Shown here piece after piece: positions 37,188 to 48,036 of a stretch of DNA of 64,000 bases. The notes beneath the pieces were generated by a model that saw nothing but the letters and a program-made list of their open reading frames with translations, was not told the DNA's origin and did no database searches. Numbering within the stretch: position 1 is the first letter of the stretch; every line of letters begins with the position of its first letter. The stretch is from Thermodesulfobacteriota bacterium (GTDB lineage Bacteria > Desulfobacterota > Binatia > Bin18), in the NCBI GenBank assembly GCA_964291405.2, contig OZ219926.1:2112001-2176000 (forward strand). The letters are read 5' to 3'. The position numbers and the translations under genes are program-made.

Positions 37188-38789
37188 ATGCAATTTGATC
37201 TCAAGACTCTACGCGGGGACATCTTCGGAGGTATTGCCTCGGCCGTAGTGGCCCTACCGCTGGCCTTGGCCTTTGGCGTAGCCTCCGGTTTGGGTCCGGT
37301 CGCCGGGCTATACGGCGCGATAGTGGTCGGATTCCTGGCCGTGGTACTGGGCGGAACACCGACGCAGATATCCGGGCCCACCGGGCCGACCGCGATTGCC
37401 ACCGCGGTCATCGTCACCCATCACGCCGAAAACCTGGCCGAGGTCGCAACCATCGTTATCCTGAGCGGGCTGCTCCAGATCGCTTTCGGCCTGCTCCGGT
37501 TCGGACGGTTCGTGACCTATACGCCGTATTCCGTTGTCTCGGGGTTTATGTCCGGCATCGGCGTTATCATAATTCTCCTGCAGACCCTGACTTTCCTGGG
37601 GGCATCAGCGGTGGTCGGAGGACCGCTTGACGCCGTCCGGGCATGGCCTACGGCCCTGGCCAACCTCAATCCGGATGCCCTGCTCATCGCCGCCGTAGCA
37701 CTCGGGGTTGGCATCTTCTGGCCCCGCCGGTTACATAATATATTACCCTCACCGCTCGCAGCCCTGCTCCTCGGAACGGTCGTGGCAGAGCTCTGGTTTC
37801 CCGCCGCGCCAGTGATTGGTGAAGTCCCTACCGGGTTTCCCGAACCGCAATGGCCCGTCCTTTCCGGAGGGTTTTTGTTCAAAATGTTAGAACCGGCGCT
37901 GATTCTCGCTCTGGTGAACTCCATCGACAGTTTGTTGACCTCGCTGGTGGCCGATTCCATGACCCGGACGCAACACAACTCGGACCGGGAATTGTTTGGT
38001 CAGGGTGTGGGCAACGTGGCGGCCGGTCTGCTCGGTGTCATGCCTGGGGCGGGCGCGACCATGCGAACGATACTCAACGTACGGGTCGGCGGGCGCACGG
38101 CGATCTCTGGTGCCTTACACGCCGTACTCCTCCTGGCCTTCATATTTGGCCTTGGCCCGCTCGTCGAGCGAGTGCCGGAAGCCTGCCTGGCCGGCATCCT
38201 GATGAAGGTGGGCTGGGACATCATCGACTGGCGCTTCCTGCTACGGATTCGTCACGCGACGACGGAAAACGTAGTCATCATGCTGCTGACGCTGGTGCTG
38301 ACCGTGTTCGTTGATCTCATCATGGCGGTTGGTGTGGGGCTGGTCGTGGCGGGCTTCGTCTCTGCGCGTCGCTTGGAACCCGAGGAGTTGAAGAAGGTCG
38401 TATCCGTACCGCTTCTGGATGCCGTGGTCTCTCCAGAGGCGGAGAAATCCTACGATGCCCGTGTCGGGCTCGTCGCCCTCCCCGGCCACTTTTCCGTAGC
38501 GTCTGCGCGGGAACTGGCGCGGTCGGTTGGGGCGGATATCAAGGATCACGAGGTGGTCATCTTCGACTTTTCGGACGTGACGTATATCGACGACAGTGCG
38601 GCCCTCGTTATCGAGGATCTGGCCGAGGTTTCCCAAACGGAGGCCAAGGGCTGCGTTGTCGCTGGATTATCCGGTTCGGCTGAGGAGGCGTTACGGATGT
38701 TCGGCATTCATGACCGCATTCCTTCAGAGCATTTCGTGCCCGACCTTGAGACGGCGAAAAAACTGGCCTGGGAACTGGTCAACGGATGA
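37188..38789 (+). CDS. SulP/SLC26 anion transporter with STAS domain (BicA-like)
   Basis: ALPLALAFGVASG, QISGPTGP, GAGATMRT and STAS YIDDSA motifs. Start set at MQFDL. Confidence 0.92.
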   Translation: MQFDLKTLRGDIFGGIASAVVALPLALAFGVASGLGPVAGLYGAIVVGFLAVVLGGTPTQISGPTGPTAIATAVIVTHHAENLAEVATIVILSGLLQIAFGLLRFGRFVTYTPYSVVSGFMSGIGVIIILLQTLTFLGASAVVGGPLDAVRAWPTALANLNPDALLIAAVALGVGIFWPRRLHNILPSPLAALLLGTVVAELWFPAAPVIGEVPTGFPEPQWPVLSGGFLFKMLEPALILALVNSIDSLLTSLVADSMTRTQHNSDRELFGQGVGNVAAGLLGVMPGAGATMRTILNVRVGGRTAISGALHAVLLLAFIFGLGPLVERVPEACLAGILMKVGWDIIDWRFLLRIRHATTENVVIMLLTLVLTVFVDLIMAVGVGLVVAGFVSARRLEPEELKKVVSVPLLDAVVSPEAEKSYDARVGLVALPGHFSVASARELARSVGADIKDHEVVIFDFSDVTYIDDSAALVIEDLAEVSQTEAKGCVVAGLSGSAEEALRMFGIHDRIPSEHFVPDLETAKKLAWELVNG

Positions 38790-38911
38790 AGCGTGGGGGG
38801 AGGAAAACGGAACGTAGCGCTGCTCCAGGTACGGGTGACCGTAACGTTCCCGGTGTGATAGAAGCACTGGAAGAGATGAGATTACAGTAAAGACGAAAGG
38901 AGAATATGATT

Positions 38912-39202
38912 ATGCCAGCCTATCTCGTTGGTGGAGTAGATGTGAGTGATCCTGCCTGGGTGGCAGAGTATGGACCGAAGGTTGAGGCCCTGGTGGAGAA
39001 GCACGGCGGCCGGTATCTGGTACGCGGCGGGGAGATGGATGTCGTAGAAGGCACAACGCCGGCCGGCCGGGTAATGGTCGTCGTTGAATTCCCCTCCCTG
39101 GAGGCCGCCCGGGCATGGTATAACGACCCGGAGTACACCCCACTGATTAAGCTGCGCCAAACCGGTTCCGAGGCTGAGATTGTCCTGGTCGAAGGACTGT
39201 AA
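38912..39202 (+). CDS. DUF1330 protein
   Basis: HGGRYLVRGG..EG, VVEFPS..AA.AWY..PEY motifs. Confidence 0.92.
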   Translation: MPAYLVGGVDVSDPAWVAEYGPKVEALVEKHGGRYLVRGGEMDVVEGTTPAGRVMVVVEFPSLEAARAWYNDPEYTPLIKLRQTGSEAEIVLVEGL

Positions 39203-39320
39203 TTCCAGCAGCGGTTAGCGGAAACGCGGCTTCTGCGGGTCGTGTCACTTCGTCATTTGCGAGAAGCCCCAGTGTAGGAGCCTGTCTTTACATGGGGTAT
39301 TTTCGGTAGTGGTGGGGTTC

Positions 39321-40520
39321 CTACGCTCCGCTCAGGCGCTGGAGTGCCGCCTCTATCTGATTGAGGCCCTGCTCAAGATTCTGCATGGACGTGGCGTACG
39401 AAATACGGACGTGCTCCGCAGAGCCAAAACCCTCGCCTGCGACCAGGGCAACCTTGGCCTCTTCCAGGAGATACAGCGAGAAGTCCATGGCCGACGCAAT
39501 GGTTTTGTCCTGCCATTGGGGTCCGAAGCAACCCGAGACCCGTGGAAAGACATAAAACGCGCCCTCCGGCAGCGTACAGGTGATGCCGGGGATGGCCCGG
39601 AGTCGATCAACCACATAATTGCGTCGCTTGGCAAACTCTTTGGCCATGACGCCGACCGGTTCCTGGTCACCGGTCAGGGCCTCAATCGCCGCAGCCTGAG
39701 CGATCGAGTTCGGGTTTGAGGTGCTCTGGCTCTGGATGGTTTCCATCGCCTTAATGACTTCCTGCGGTCCGGCGGCATAGCCCAAACGCCAGCCGGTCAT
39801 GGCGTAGGTTTTTGAGACCGAATTAGCCACCAGCACCCGGCCGCGCAGACCCGGCTTGAGGGCGAGCAAATGGGCACAGCGCGGGGCGTCGTACAGAAAT
39901 TTCTCGTACACGTCGTCAGAGATGGTGAACAGCTCGCTGGACTCGATCACCTCAGCAATCCGGCTAAGCTCGTCCTCGGTGTAGGCGGCACCGGTCGGAT
40001 TGGACGGGCTGTTGAGCAATAACACCTTACTGTGCGGGCCGAGTGCGGTGCGGAGTTGGGCGTCCGTAATTTTGAAACCCGTCTCTTCCGTTGTGGGCAG
40101 GAGTTTCGGTATCCCGCCGGCCAGCACCACGATATCGGAATAGCTGACCCAATAGGGCGCGGGTATGAGCACTTCATCTCCAGGGCCGATCAGGGCATGA
40201 AAGGCGTTAAAGAGAATATGTTTCCCACCACAACCGGTCGTGACTTCCGGGAGGGCATATTCGAGGCCATTGTCGCGCTGGAGTTTCGCGATAATGGCCT
40301 CTTTGACATCCGCGGTGCCGCCAACCGGCGTATACTTGGTCTTGCCGTGTTTGAGCGCTGCAATAGCCGCGTCTTTAATATGTTCCGGGGTATCAAAGTC
40401 GGGCTCGCCAGCCCCAAAATCAATGACCTCAATCCCCTCGCGACGGAGCGCCGCAACTTTCACCGTGACCATGAGGGTCGGCGATGGTTTGACCTGATCC
40501 AGACGTGGTGACAGACGCAT
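39321..40520 (-). CDS. aspC: Aspartate aminotransferase-like PLP enzyme (class I/II)
   Basis: GEPDFDTP, PSNPTG, SDDVY and SKTYAMTGWRLGY motifs. Confidence 0.9.
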   Translation of the reverse strand: MRLSPRLDQVKPSPTLMVTVKVAALRREGIEVIDFGAGEPDFDTPEHIKDAAIAALKHGKTKYTPVGGTADVKEAIIAKLQRDNGLEYALPEVTTGCGGKHILFNAFHALIGPGDEVLIPAPYWVSYSDIVVLAGGIPKLLPTTEETGFKITDAQLRTALGPHSKVLLLNSPSNPTGAAYTEDELSRIAEVIESSELFTISDDVYEKFLYDAPRCAHLLALKPGLRGRVLVANSVSKTYAMTGWRLGYAAGPQEVIKAMETIQSQSTSNPNSIAQAAAIEALTGDQEPVGVMAKEFAKRRNYVVDRLRAIPGITCTLPEGAFYVFPRVSGCFGPQWQDKTIASAMDFSLYLLEEAKVALVAGEGFGSAEHVRISYATSMQNLEQGLNQIEAALQRLSGA

Positions 40521-40607
40521 TTTTTCCTTACACTCCTCTTGTCGGACACGCGGTCTGCATGCCGCTCAGACAACGACGTGCAGCGTCATACGCGCGCGCA
40601 TAGACAT

Positions 40608-41102
40608 TCAGGCTCTCTGCGCGAATTTCTCGCGGAGTCGTCTTTCAACATGGGGCGGGACGAGACCCTTCACGGAACCGTCCAGACTGGCAATTTCTTT
40701 GACCAAGCGGGCCGCAGTATAAAAATGGGCCGCCCCGGTCGTCAGAAAAACCGTATCAATATCAGGCTTCATATGACGGTTCATGAGCGCCATCTGAAAC
40801 TCGTATTCAAAATCCGAGGCTGCGCGTAACCCCCGGATGATAATCTTGGCCTGCATGCGCTCAACGTAATCGACCAGCAAGCCATGAAAGCTGTCGTAGA
40901 TCACCCGGTCGCCCGCCTCCTTCAATTCCTCGCGGAACATGTCGAGCCGTTCCTGGGGAGCGAACAGATAGTTCTCTTTCTGTGGGTTATACACAACGGC
41001 AACCACGACTTCGTCGGTAAGCTCAAGGCTCCGTCGGACGATGTCAATATGTCCATAGGTCGGTGGGTCAAAAGAGCCAGGGTATATAGCGCGGCGTTTC
41101 AC
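40608..41102 (-). CDS. coaD: Pantetheine-phosphate adenylyltransferase
   Basis: YPGSFDP.T.GH and RGLR..SDFEYE motifs. Confidence 0.97.
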   Translation of the reverse strand: MKRRAIYPGSFDPPTYGHIDIVRRSLELTDEVVVAVVYNPQKENYLFAPQERLDMFREELKEAGDRVIYDSFHGLLVDYVERMQAKIIIRGLRAASDFEYEFQMALMNRHMKPDIDTVFLTTGAAHFYTAARLVKEIASLDGSVKGLVPPHVERRLREKFAQRA

Positions 41103-41671
41103 TCGGATTCCTCACCCTCATGCTGGTAAAAAGACACCTCGGTTGTGCCGTAACGGCGACGGTCCGTCAATACCAAGGGGGGGTAGGTCGGGGCTCCGGA
41201 TTCCTGCCGTGCGTGCTCAACAACGATCCAGGCTCCTGGGAGGAGCACCGGGCTCCGCGCCAAACGCCGCAGGGTTTTATCCACCCAGCCTTCCCCATAC
41301 GGCGGGTCCAGAAACACCCCGCCAAAACGGAGCCCCTGGTCTTCCACGATACGAATCCCGGTGAGGGCGGAGGCTCGCAGCAGACGACCATGATGGAGCA
41401 GCTTCGTGGTTTTGAGGTTGGTGCGAATGACTTTTTGTGCGTCTGGACTGGCATCAACGAACACGCCAGAGCGCCCGCCCCGGCTTAAGGCTTCTATACC
41501 AAGTCCGCCGGTCCCGGCGAACAGGTCGAGGATGTCTATATCGGTGAGGGGAAATCGACTGGCGAGGATATTGAAAACAGACTCTCTGACTCGGTCGGCA
41601 GTGGGCCGGATCTTGTGTCCTTTGGGCACCACCAGGGTGAGCCCACCTGCCGAGCCGGAGATGACTCGCAT
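41099..41671 (-). CDS. rsmD: 16S rRNA m2G966 methyltransferase
   Basis: MRVISG, RPT.DRVRES, DLFAGTG and DPPY motifs. Confidence 0.95.
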   Translation of the reverse strand: MRVISGSAGGLTLVVPKGHKIRPTADRVRESVFNILASRFPLTDIDILDLFAGTGGLGIEALSRGGRSGVFVDASPDAQKVIRTNLKTTKLLHHGRLLRASALTGIRIVEDQGLRFGGVFLDPPYGEGWVDKTLRRLARSPVLLPGAWIVVEHARQESGAPTYPPLVLTDRRRYGTTEVSFYQHEGEESE

Positions 41672-42889
41672 TTAAACGCTAAGAATATGAACGGCCAAAG
41701 CAGCGGCCTCGCCACGGACCATGCCGCCGCCGTTCTCGGTCAGTCCAACTTTGGCGCCCTCGACCTGACGTTTTCCGGCTTCCCCGCGGAGTTGCCAGAA
41801 AATCTCAGCGATCTGTGCCGTACCGGTGGCCCCAACCGGATGGCCCTTGGCCAGCAAACCGCCGCTCGGATTCACCGGAGTTTTCCCGCCGAGCGCCGTC
41901 GCCCCCTCGTCAATCAAGCGACCGCCCTCACCCTGCTGACACAGGCCGAGCTCTTCATAGATGATGAGTTCGGCCGGAGCCGAGGCGTCGTGGACTTCGG
42001 CCACGTCCAGGTCTTCAGGGCCAATGCCAGCCACTTCGTAGGCCTTTTTCGCCATGCGTTCTGTCACGCCGGGGTCTCCAGGCTGATGGTCCTGGCCCGA
42101 GCCCAGCACCGAGGCTTTGACATAGACCGGCTTGGTGGTGAATTCTTTCGCTTTCTCTGCGCTGGTGAGCACCAGAGCGGCGGCCCCATCGCCAATAGGG
42201 GAACACATCATCCGCGTCAGCGGGTCGGCGATCATGGGCGAGGCGAGCACATCTTCCATGCTGCGCGGTGTCTGGAACTGGGCGTGGGGGTTCAGGCTGC
42301 CGTTGGTGTGGTTCTTGGCAGCAATCTGGGCATAGTGTTCTTTGGTCGTGCCATATTTCCGCATATGGCTGCGGGCAAACTCGGCGTAAAAGTCCATGAA
42401 CATGCTGCGCGACTTGCCGGCCCCAGCCCCCTCGCCTTTCTCCTGGGTGGCCTTTTTCATATCCGCCAAAGTTTTTTGCATCAGCTCGACATCAATGGCA
42501 CTGCCAATGGCGGCAAACGATTTCTTCTTGTCCTCGTGGTAGAGCTTTTCCATACCCAGGGCGAGCACGACATCGTACATGCCGGACGCGACATACAACC
42601 AGGCCAGATGGAAGGCGGTGGCCGCGCTGGCACAGGCATTTTCGGTGTTAATAACCGGAATGCCGCCAATCCCCATTTCGCGTAGGACGACTTGCCCGCG
42701 GATGCACTCCTGACCGGTAATCAGGCCGGCCATGGCGTTCCCAACCGCGACCGCCTCCAGTGCATTAGATTCAATCCCGGCAGATTTGAGGGCACCCTCA
42801 ATGGCTTCGCGGGACAACTCTTTCATACCTTTATCCAGATGCTTGGCAAAACGGGTCATACCCGCACCAACCAGGGCAACCTCTCTCAT
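41672..42889 (-). CDS. Thiolase family protein (SCP-x / lipid-transfer type)
   Basis: ENACAS, EVHDA and NPSGGL..KGHP.GATG motifs. Confidence 0.9.
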   Translation of the reverse strand: MREVALVGAGMTRFAKHLDKGMKELSREAIEGALKSAGIESNALEAVAVGNAMAGLITGQECIRGQVVLREMGIGGIPVINTENACASAATAFHLAWLYVASGMYDVVLALGMEKLYHEDKKKSFAAIGSAIDVELMQKTLADMKKATQEKGEGAGAGKSRSMFMDFYAEFARSHMRKYGTTKEHYAQIAAKNHTNGSLNPHAQFQTPRSMEDVLASPMIADPLTRMMCSPIGDGAAALVLTSAEKAKEFTTKPVYVKASVLGSGQDHQPGDPGVTERMAKKAYEVAGIGPEDLDVAEVHDASAPAELIIYEELGLCQQGEGGRLIDEGATALGGKTPVNPSGGLLAKGHPVGATGTAQIAEIFWQLRGEAGKRQVEGAKVGLTENGGGMVRGEAAALAVHILSV

Positions 42890-42985
42890 GTGGCTCCTCC
42901 TTCTTCTTCACATAGGTGATGAGCGGCCCAACTATATCCGCATTCCCTCTTGTTCTGCAAGGCGAATTTCTTCAGGATAGCGCGT

Positions 42986-43651
42986 GTGAATTTTGTTCTC
43001 GTTCCTATCAAAGCCCTATCCCAGGGCAAGAGCCGCCTATCCGCGCTCTTGTCCGATGTCCAGCGGTATAGCCTGTCTCAGGCCATGTTGCGCGACGTCC
43101 TGATGCAACTGCGCCGGGCGGCAACGGTGGACCGCTTTGGGGTCGTGACCTCGGACCAGGCCCTGCTCGACCTCGCGCGCGGTTTAGGTGCGGACGCCAT
43201 TGACGAGGGCCATCCGCGGGGACTGAACGGGGCCGTCGCGGTTGGGGAAGAGTTTTGCCTGCAACAGGGCGGTACAACGTTGCTCGTCCTGCTATCAGAC
43301 CTGCCGCTGGTCACCTCTGAAGACATTGACCTACTCTTGTGTGAGGCAACGGATGAGCCCGAAGTGTTGTTAGTGACGTGTAAAGAGGGCGAGGGTACCA
43401 ACGCGCTTTTGCGCACCCCGCCGCTCGTTATCCCCACCTGCTTTGGCGGTCCAAGCCTCGGCGCCCACCAAACCCGGGCGCGGGAGGAGAATGTCACCTG
43501 CCGGGTGATTGAGGCTCCACGGATTGCGTTTGACATTGACTCGGTTGAAGACCTCACACTTTTTGCCTCCGAACCAACGGCAACGCATACCTATCAGGCA
43601 TTACGGGATTTAGATGTTCTGCCTGCCCTCGGGGTTGATCCAGCGGAGTGA
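42986..43651 (+). CDS. cofC: 2-phospho-L-lactate/PEP guanylyltransferase (F420 biosynthesis)
   Basis: VPIK...KSRL, GLNGAV, DLP, GTNAL, FG..S...H and DID..EDL motifs. GTG start at 42986. Confidence 0.9.
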   Translation: MNFVLVPIKALSQGKSRLSALLSDVQRYSLSQAMLRDVLMQLRRAATVDRFGVVTSDQALLDLARGLGADAIDEGHPRGLNGAVAVGEEFCLQQGGTTLLVLLSDLPLVTSEDIDLLLCEATDEPEVLLVTCKEGEGTNALLRTPPLVIPTCFGGPSLGAHQTRAREENVTCRVIEAPRIAFDIDSVEDLTLFASEPTATHTYQALRDLDVLPALGVDPAE

Positions 43652-43701
43652 TACACCGACAAGAGAAGCCCCTGGTGCGTCTCACGCACCTACTGTGATC
43701 T

Positions 43702-44634
43702 ATGGGAAAGCCACAGGTCGTTGTTATTACCGGTCCGACCGCCACAGGAAAAACCGCGCTCGCGCTCACCCTGGCCCAACGCTATAACGCAGAGATTATT
43801 AGCGCGGATTCACGTCAGGTGTATCGCCACCTGGACATTGGGACGGCAAAACCAACCGCAGCAGAGCAGGCCCTGGTACCGCATCATGTGATTGATGTGG
43901 TCAATCCGGATGAGCATTTTGATGTGGCCCGCTTTCGGACACTGGCGCACGAGGCGATTACCGCGCTGACCCACCGTGGCAAGCGTGTTTTTGTGGTGGG
44001 TGGAACCGGCCTCTATATTCGGGCCTTGACCCGCGGGCTCTTTGTTGGACCGCGGGCCGACCCCGCGCTGCGCAAACGTCTGACCGCTCAGGAGCGGGAG
44101 CACGGCCCTGGTTTTCTATACAACTGGCTGCGCCGGGTTGATGCGGACACAGCTCAGCGGCTCCATCCAAACGACCGAACCCGGCTGATTCGGGCACTGG
44201 AAGTCTGGTTGGTGAGCGGGAAGCCGATGAGCGCCTGGCAGCGGGAGCATGGCTTCCGCGAGCGGCCGTTTTCGACGCTGCTGGTGTCCCTGGTCCTGGA
44301 ACGGGAGGTCCTGGCCCGGCGGATTCAACAGCGTTGCCAGCAGATGATTCGTGATGGCCTTGTTGACGAGGTCCGCCGGGTCTGGGATATGGGGTTTGGT
44401 GAGCAGCTTCCCGTATTCCGCACCATCGGCTATGCTCAGATTGTGGACCTCTTACATGGACGCTCCACCCTGGAGAAGGCAGTCGCCCATATGTCTACGG
44501 CAACCCGTCGGCTGGCCAAACGGCAACTGACTTGGCTGCGTGCAGAACCCGAGGTGCAATGGTATACGCCCGCACAAGAGCAAGATATCGACCGTGAGGT
44601 GCGGGGGTTCTTTGAAAGGGCGAGGAGTCTCTAA
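43702..44634 (+). CDS. miaA: tRNA dimethylallyltransferase
   Basis: GPTATGKT, DSRQVY, GGTGLY and AKRQLTW motifs. Confidence 0.97.
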   Translation: MGKPQVVVITGPTATGKTALALTLAQRYNAEIISADSRQVYRHLDIGTAKPTAAEQALVPHHVIDVVNPDEHFDVARFRTLAHEAITALTHRGKRVFVVGGTGLYIRALTRGLFVGPRADPALRKRLTAQEREHGPGFLYNWLRRVDADTAQRLHPNDRTRLIRALEVWLVSGKPMSAWQREHGFRERPFSTLLVSLVLEREVLARRIQQRCQQMIRDGLVDEVRRVWDMGFGEQLPVFRTIGYAQIVDLLHGRSTLEKAVAHMSTATRRLAKRQLTWLRAEPEVQWYTPAQEQDIDREVRGFFERARSL

Positions 44635-44708
44635 CGAGGCAGACGGCAGAGATCGGTCGAGCCGTTCTACTCCTGACGTTTCACACCTGCTGTATTGAAG
44701 GAGCAATC

Positions 44709-45722
44709 GTGCAGACAACCTATCTCGATTTTGAGTATCCGCTGGAGGAGTTGGACAAACAGGTGTCCGCCCTCAGCCAGTTGGAAAACCGGTCAGCACA
44801 GCAACAGACGGAACTCGACGCACTGGAAGAACATATCCGACAACGCGAGGCTGAAGTGTTCACGGCTCTCTCGCCGTGGCAACGGGTGCAACTCTCCCGA
44901 CACCCGGACCGACCCTATACCCTCGATTATATTGAGGCATTATGCTCCGAATTCGTGGAGTTGCACGGCGACCGGGCCTTTGGTGATGATCCGGCGATTA
45001 TCGGTGGTCTGGCGCGTTTTCGGGGTACGCCAGTGGTGGTTGTCGGCCATCAACGTGGGAAGACCGTGACCGAAAAAGTACACCGGAATTTTGGGATGCC
45101 CCGGCCCGAAGGCTATCGCAAGGCGCTCCGCCTTTTTCATCTCGCCGAACGGTTCCAGCGACCCGTACTGAGCTTTGTTGATACCCAAGGAGCCTATCCC
45201 GGAGTGGGGGCCGAGGAGCGCGGCCAGGCCGAAGCCATTGCCAGGAATATCCAAGAAATGGCCGGCCTCAAGACTCCCATCATTGTCACGGTGATTGGAG
45301 AGGGAGGGAGTGGCGGCGCTCTTGCCCTCGGGGTCGGCGACCGGCTACTAATGCAGGAAAACGCCTGCTATTCGGTCATTACTCCTGAAGGCTGCGCGGC
45401 GATTCTCTTTGGAGAACGCACTCCGGAACGTTCGGCTTGGGCCGCCGAGGCGCTGAAGGTCACGGCTCCGCACCTGCTCGATCTCCGCGTGATTGACGAG
45501 ATGATTGCCGAGCCGTCAGGGGGAGCCCATAGACACGCCCAGGCAGCGATTAGGGATGTTGGAACCGCAATCGACCGGCATCTGCAAGCAGTGAGCGACC
45601 TGTCCGTCTCCGAGCTCATGGACCAACGCTACACGAAATTCCGTCGGATGGGAGAGATCGGCATTGTCGATACAGCAGAGGACTTGGAGGCCGAAGTCAA
45701 TGGAGTGGACGCAACGCGCTGA
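44709..45722 (+). CDS. accA: Acetyl-CoA carboxylase carboxyltransferase alpha
   Basis: RHPDRP, NFGMPRPEGYRKA and GEGGSGGAL motifs. Confidence 0.97.
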   Translation: MQTTYLDFEYPLEELDKQVSALSQLENRSAQQQTELDALEEHIRQREAEVFTALSPWQRVQLSRHPDRPYTLDYIEALCSEFVELHGDRAFGDDPAIIGGLARFRGTPVVVVGHQRGKTVTEKVHRNFGMPRPEGYRKALRLFHLAERFQRPVLSFVDTQGAYPGVGAEERGQAEAIARNIQEMAGLKTPIIVTVIGEGGSGGALALGVGDRLLMQENACYSVITPEGCAAILFGERTPERSAWAAEALKVTAPHLLDLRVIDEMIAEPSGGAHRHAQAAIRDVGTAIDRHLQAVSDLSVSELMDQRYTKFRRMGEIGIVDTAEDLEAEVNGVDATR

Positions 45723-45796
45723 ATCGTAGATATCCCGCCTGGAGAGAGACCCCAGCCGCGTAGACTGGCTCAGCAAATCGTAGTACAAAGCGCCGT

Positions 45797-46921
45797 GTGG
45801 CGCACAAACGTTCCTCTTCTTCACCGCCGACATTAGATACATTCAGAGAGAGAATCGATCGGATCGATGCTCAAATCCTCACGCTGTTGAATCGCCGCGC
45901 CCGTCTGGCTCAACGGATTGGAGACACGAAGGGGAAGGGCACGGTCTATATACCAAGCCGAGAACGAGCCGTTCTCGCCCGGATGACTGACCTGAACACG
46001 GGGCCGCTTCCGGACGAATTCGTTCAGGCCATTTATCGCGAGATTATCTCCGCTTCCCGCGCGCTTGAAACGTCTTTGCGGGTTGCCTATCTCGGACCAG
46101 AGGCGAGCTATGCGCATATGGCCAGCAAAGAGCAGTTTGGCTCGAGGGTCGAGTTTGTCCCGGTAGAGACGATTCCCCAGATTTTCTCGACAGTGGAAAA
46201 CGGGCAGGTCGACTACGGGGTTGTGCCCGTCGAGAACTCGAGTCAAGGCTCGGTCGCTCTCACTCTCGATCTTTTTATTGAAACGAACCTGCATATTATT
46301 GCCGAGCGGTCATTGGCCATTCGGCACTGTTTGCTCAGCCGTGCCACAAAGCGGGAGCGTATCCAGCGAGTCCTTGCCCATCCGCAGTCCCTGGCCCAAT
46401 GTCAGCACTGGCTGGCCACGCACCTGCCAGGTGTGCCTACGGAGGCGGCGGCGAGCAATTCTCGCGCGGCTGAACTGGTGCGGCGTGACGCGCGTGCCGC
46501 AGCGATTGCCGGACGCTTGGCCGCGGAGCGCTATCAGCTCAACATCATCGATGCGGATATTCAGGACCAGGCGGCGAACTATACCCGCTTCGCTATTCTA
46601 AGCCGGACTTGGCAACCGGGTACACCAACTGGGGATGACAAAACGTCCCTGGTGCTGTCGGTCCGGGATGAGCCAGGGATCCTATATCAGGTGCTGAGGC
46701 CGTTTGCCGCGCACAGCATGAGTCTGCTGCGGATTGAGTCCCGGCCGCTCAAAGGGCGGCCCTGGGAATACGTTTTTTTTATCGATGTTGAAGGGCATGT
46801 GGGCGACCGGGCTCTCGCCGACGCCCTGCGAGAGATCGAACCCTGCTGCATGTCGGTCAAAGTGCTGGGTTCGTATACCTCCTTTGGGTCGGCGACCGGG
46901 TCGGCGCGGCAAAAACGGTGA
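45797..46921 (+). CDS. pheA: Chorismate mutase / prephenate dehydratase
   Basis: CM domain (RERIDRID), PVENS, N.TRF, and ACT domain IESRP. Confidence 0.96.
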   Translation: MAHKRSSSSPPTLDTFRERIDRIDAQILTLLNRRARLAQRIGDTKGKGTVYIPSRERAVLARMTDLNTGPLPDEFVQAIYREIISASRALETSLRVAYLGPEASYAHMASKEQFGSRVEFVPVETIPQIFSTVENGQVDYGVVPVENSSQGSVALTLDLFIETNLHIIAERSLAIRHCLLSRATKRERIQRVLAHPQSLAQCQHWLATHLPGVPTEAAASNSRAAELVRRDARAAAIAGRLAAERYQLNIIDADIQDQAANYTRFAILSRTWQPGTPTGDDKTSLVLSVRDEPGILYQVLRPFAAHSMSLLRIESRPLKGRPWEYVFFIDVEGHVGDRALADALREIEPCCMSVKVLGSYTSFGSATGSARQKR

Positions 46922-46927
46922 ATATGT

Positions 46928-48019
46928 ATGGATATTCGAAAGTATGTGCCGGATTGGGTCTTGAGCCTCACCCCGTATCAGCCGGGCAAGCCGATTGAAG
47001 AGGTGGAGCGGGAATACGGGATCAGCAACTCGGTGAAAATCGCCTCAAACGAGAATCCCCTTGGCCCGTCCCCAAAAGCGCTTGAGGCGATTCGTGCGGT
47101 CCTGCCCCAGCTCAATCTGTATCCTGACGGCGATGCCTTTTATCTCAAGCAGCGCCTAGCTGAGAAACTTGAGTTGGACCGGTCACGGATTATCATCGGT
47201 AACGGCTCGAACGAACTGATCGAGATGATCGTGCGCACCTTTTTGCGCGTGGGCGAATCGATTGTCGCCGCTGAGCACGCCTTTGCCATTTATCATCTGT
47301 GCGTGCACGCGGCCGGTGGCCGCACAATTACCGTTCCGCACACCGGCTTTGCCTTTGATCTGGACGCCATGGCGCGAGCCGTTGAAGCGGACACGCGCAT
47401 TATTTTTTTGGATAATCCCAATAATCCCACCGGCACGATCTACGCCAGGACGGACTGGGAGGCGTTTCTGGAGAGGGTGCCACCGAGCGTGGTGATTGTG
47501 GTTGATGAAGCGTATTTTGAATTTGTCGACGACCCGGACTACCCCGACTCGCTCGACTACCATTCGGATGAGCGGGTGCTCATCACCCTGCGCACCTTTT
47601 CCAAGATCTGCGGCCTGGCCGGCGTTCGCATTGGTTATGGCATTGCCTCACCGGAAGTGATTGATGCCCTCAACCGCATCCGTCAGCCCTTTAATGTGAA
47701 TACGCTCGCCCAAGTGGGAGCGTTGGCCGCGCTTGACGATACCGAGCACATCAGCCGTACCCGGGACAACAATCGCCAAGGACTGGCCTATCTACGTCGA
47801 GAGTTGGACCGTCTGGGTATCGAATACGCTCCGAGTTGGGGGAATTTCCTCCTAGTCAAGGTGGGTCCCGGCGTTTCGCAACAGCTTTTGCCCCAGGGTA
47901 TTATCATTCGGCCCATGGAGGGCTATGGCTATCCTGGCTACGCCCGTGTGAGTGTGGGCTTGGCCGAGGAAAACGAACGCTTTATTGCAGCTATGGAGAA
48001 GATACAAGCGCAGGCATAG
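46928..48019 (+). CDS. hisC: Histidinol-phosphate aminotransferase
   Basis: ASNENPLG, NPNNPTG, DEAY and RTFSK motifs. Confidence 0.96.
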   Translation: MDIRKYVPDWVLSLTPYQPGKPIEEVEREYGISNSVKIASNENPLGPSPKALEAIRAVLPQLNLYPDGDAFYLKQRLAEKLELDRSRIIIGNGSNELIEMIVRTFLRVGESIVAAEHAFAIYHLCVHAAGGRTITVPHTGFAFDLDAMARAVEADTRIIFLDNPNNPTGTIYARTDWEAFLERVPPSVVIVVDEAYFEFVDDPDYPDSLDYHSDERVLITLRTFSKICGLAGVRIGYGIASPEVIDALNRIRQPFNVNTLAQVGALAALDDTEHISRTRDNNRQGLAYLRRELDRLGIEYAPSWGNFLLVKVGPGVSQQLLPQGIIIRPMEGYGYPGYARVSVGLAEENERFIAAMEKIQAQA

Positions 48020-48036
48020 CCTGCACCTCACACGCT

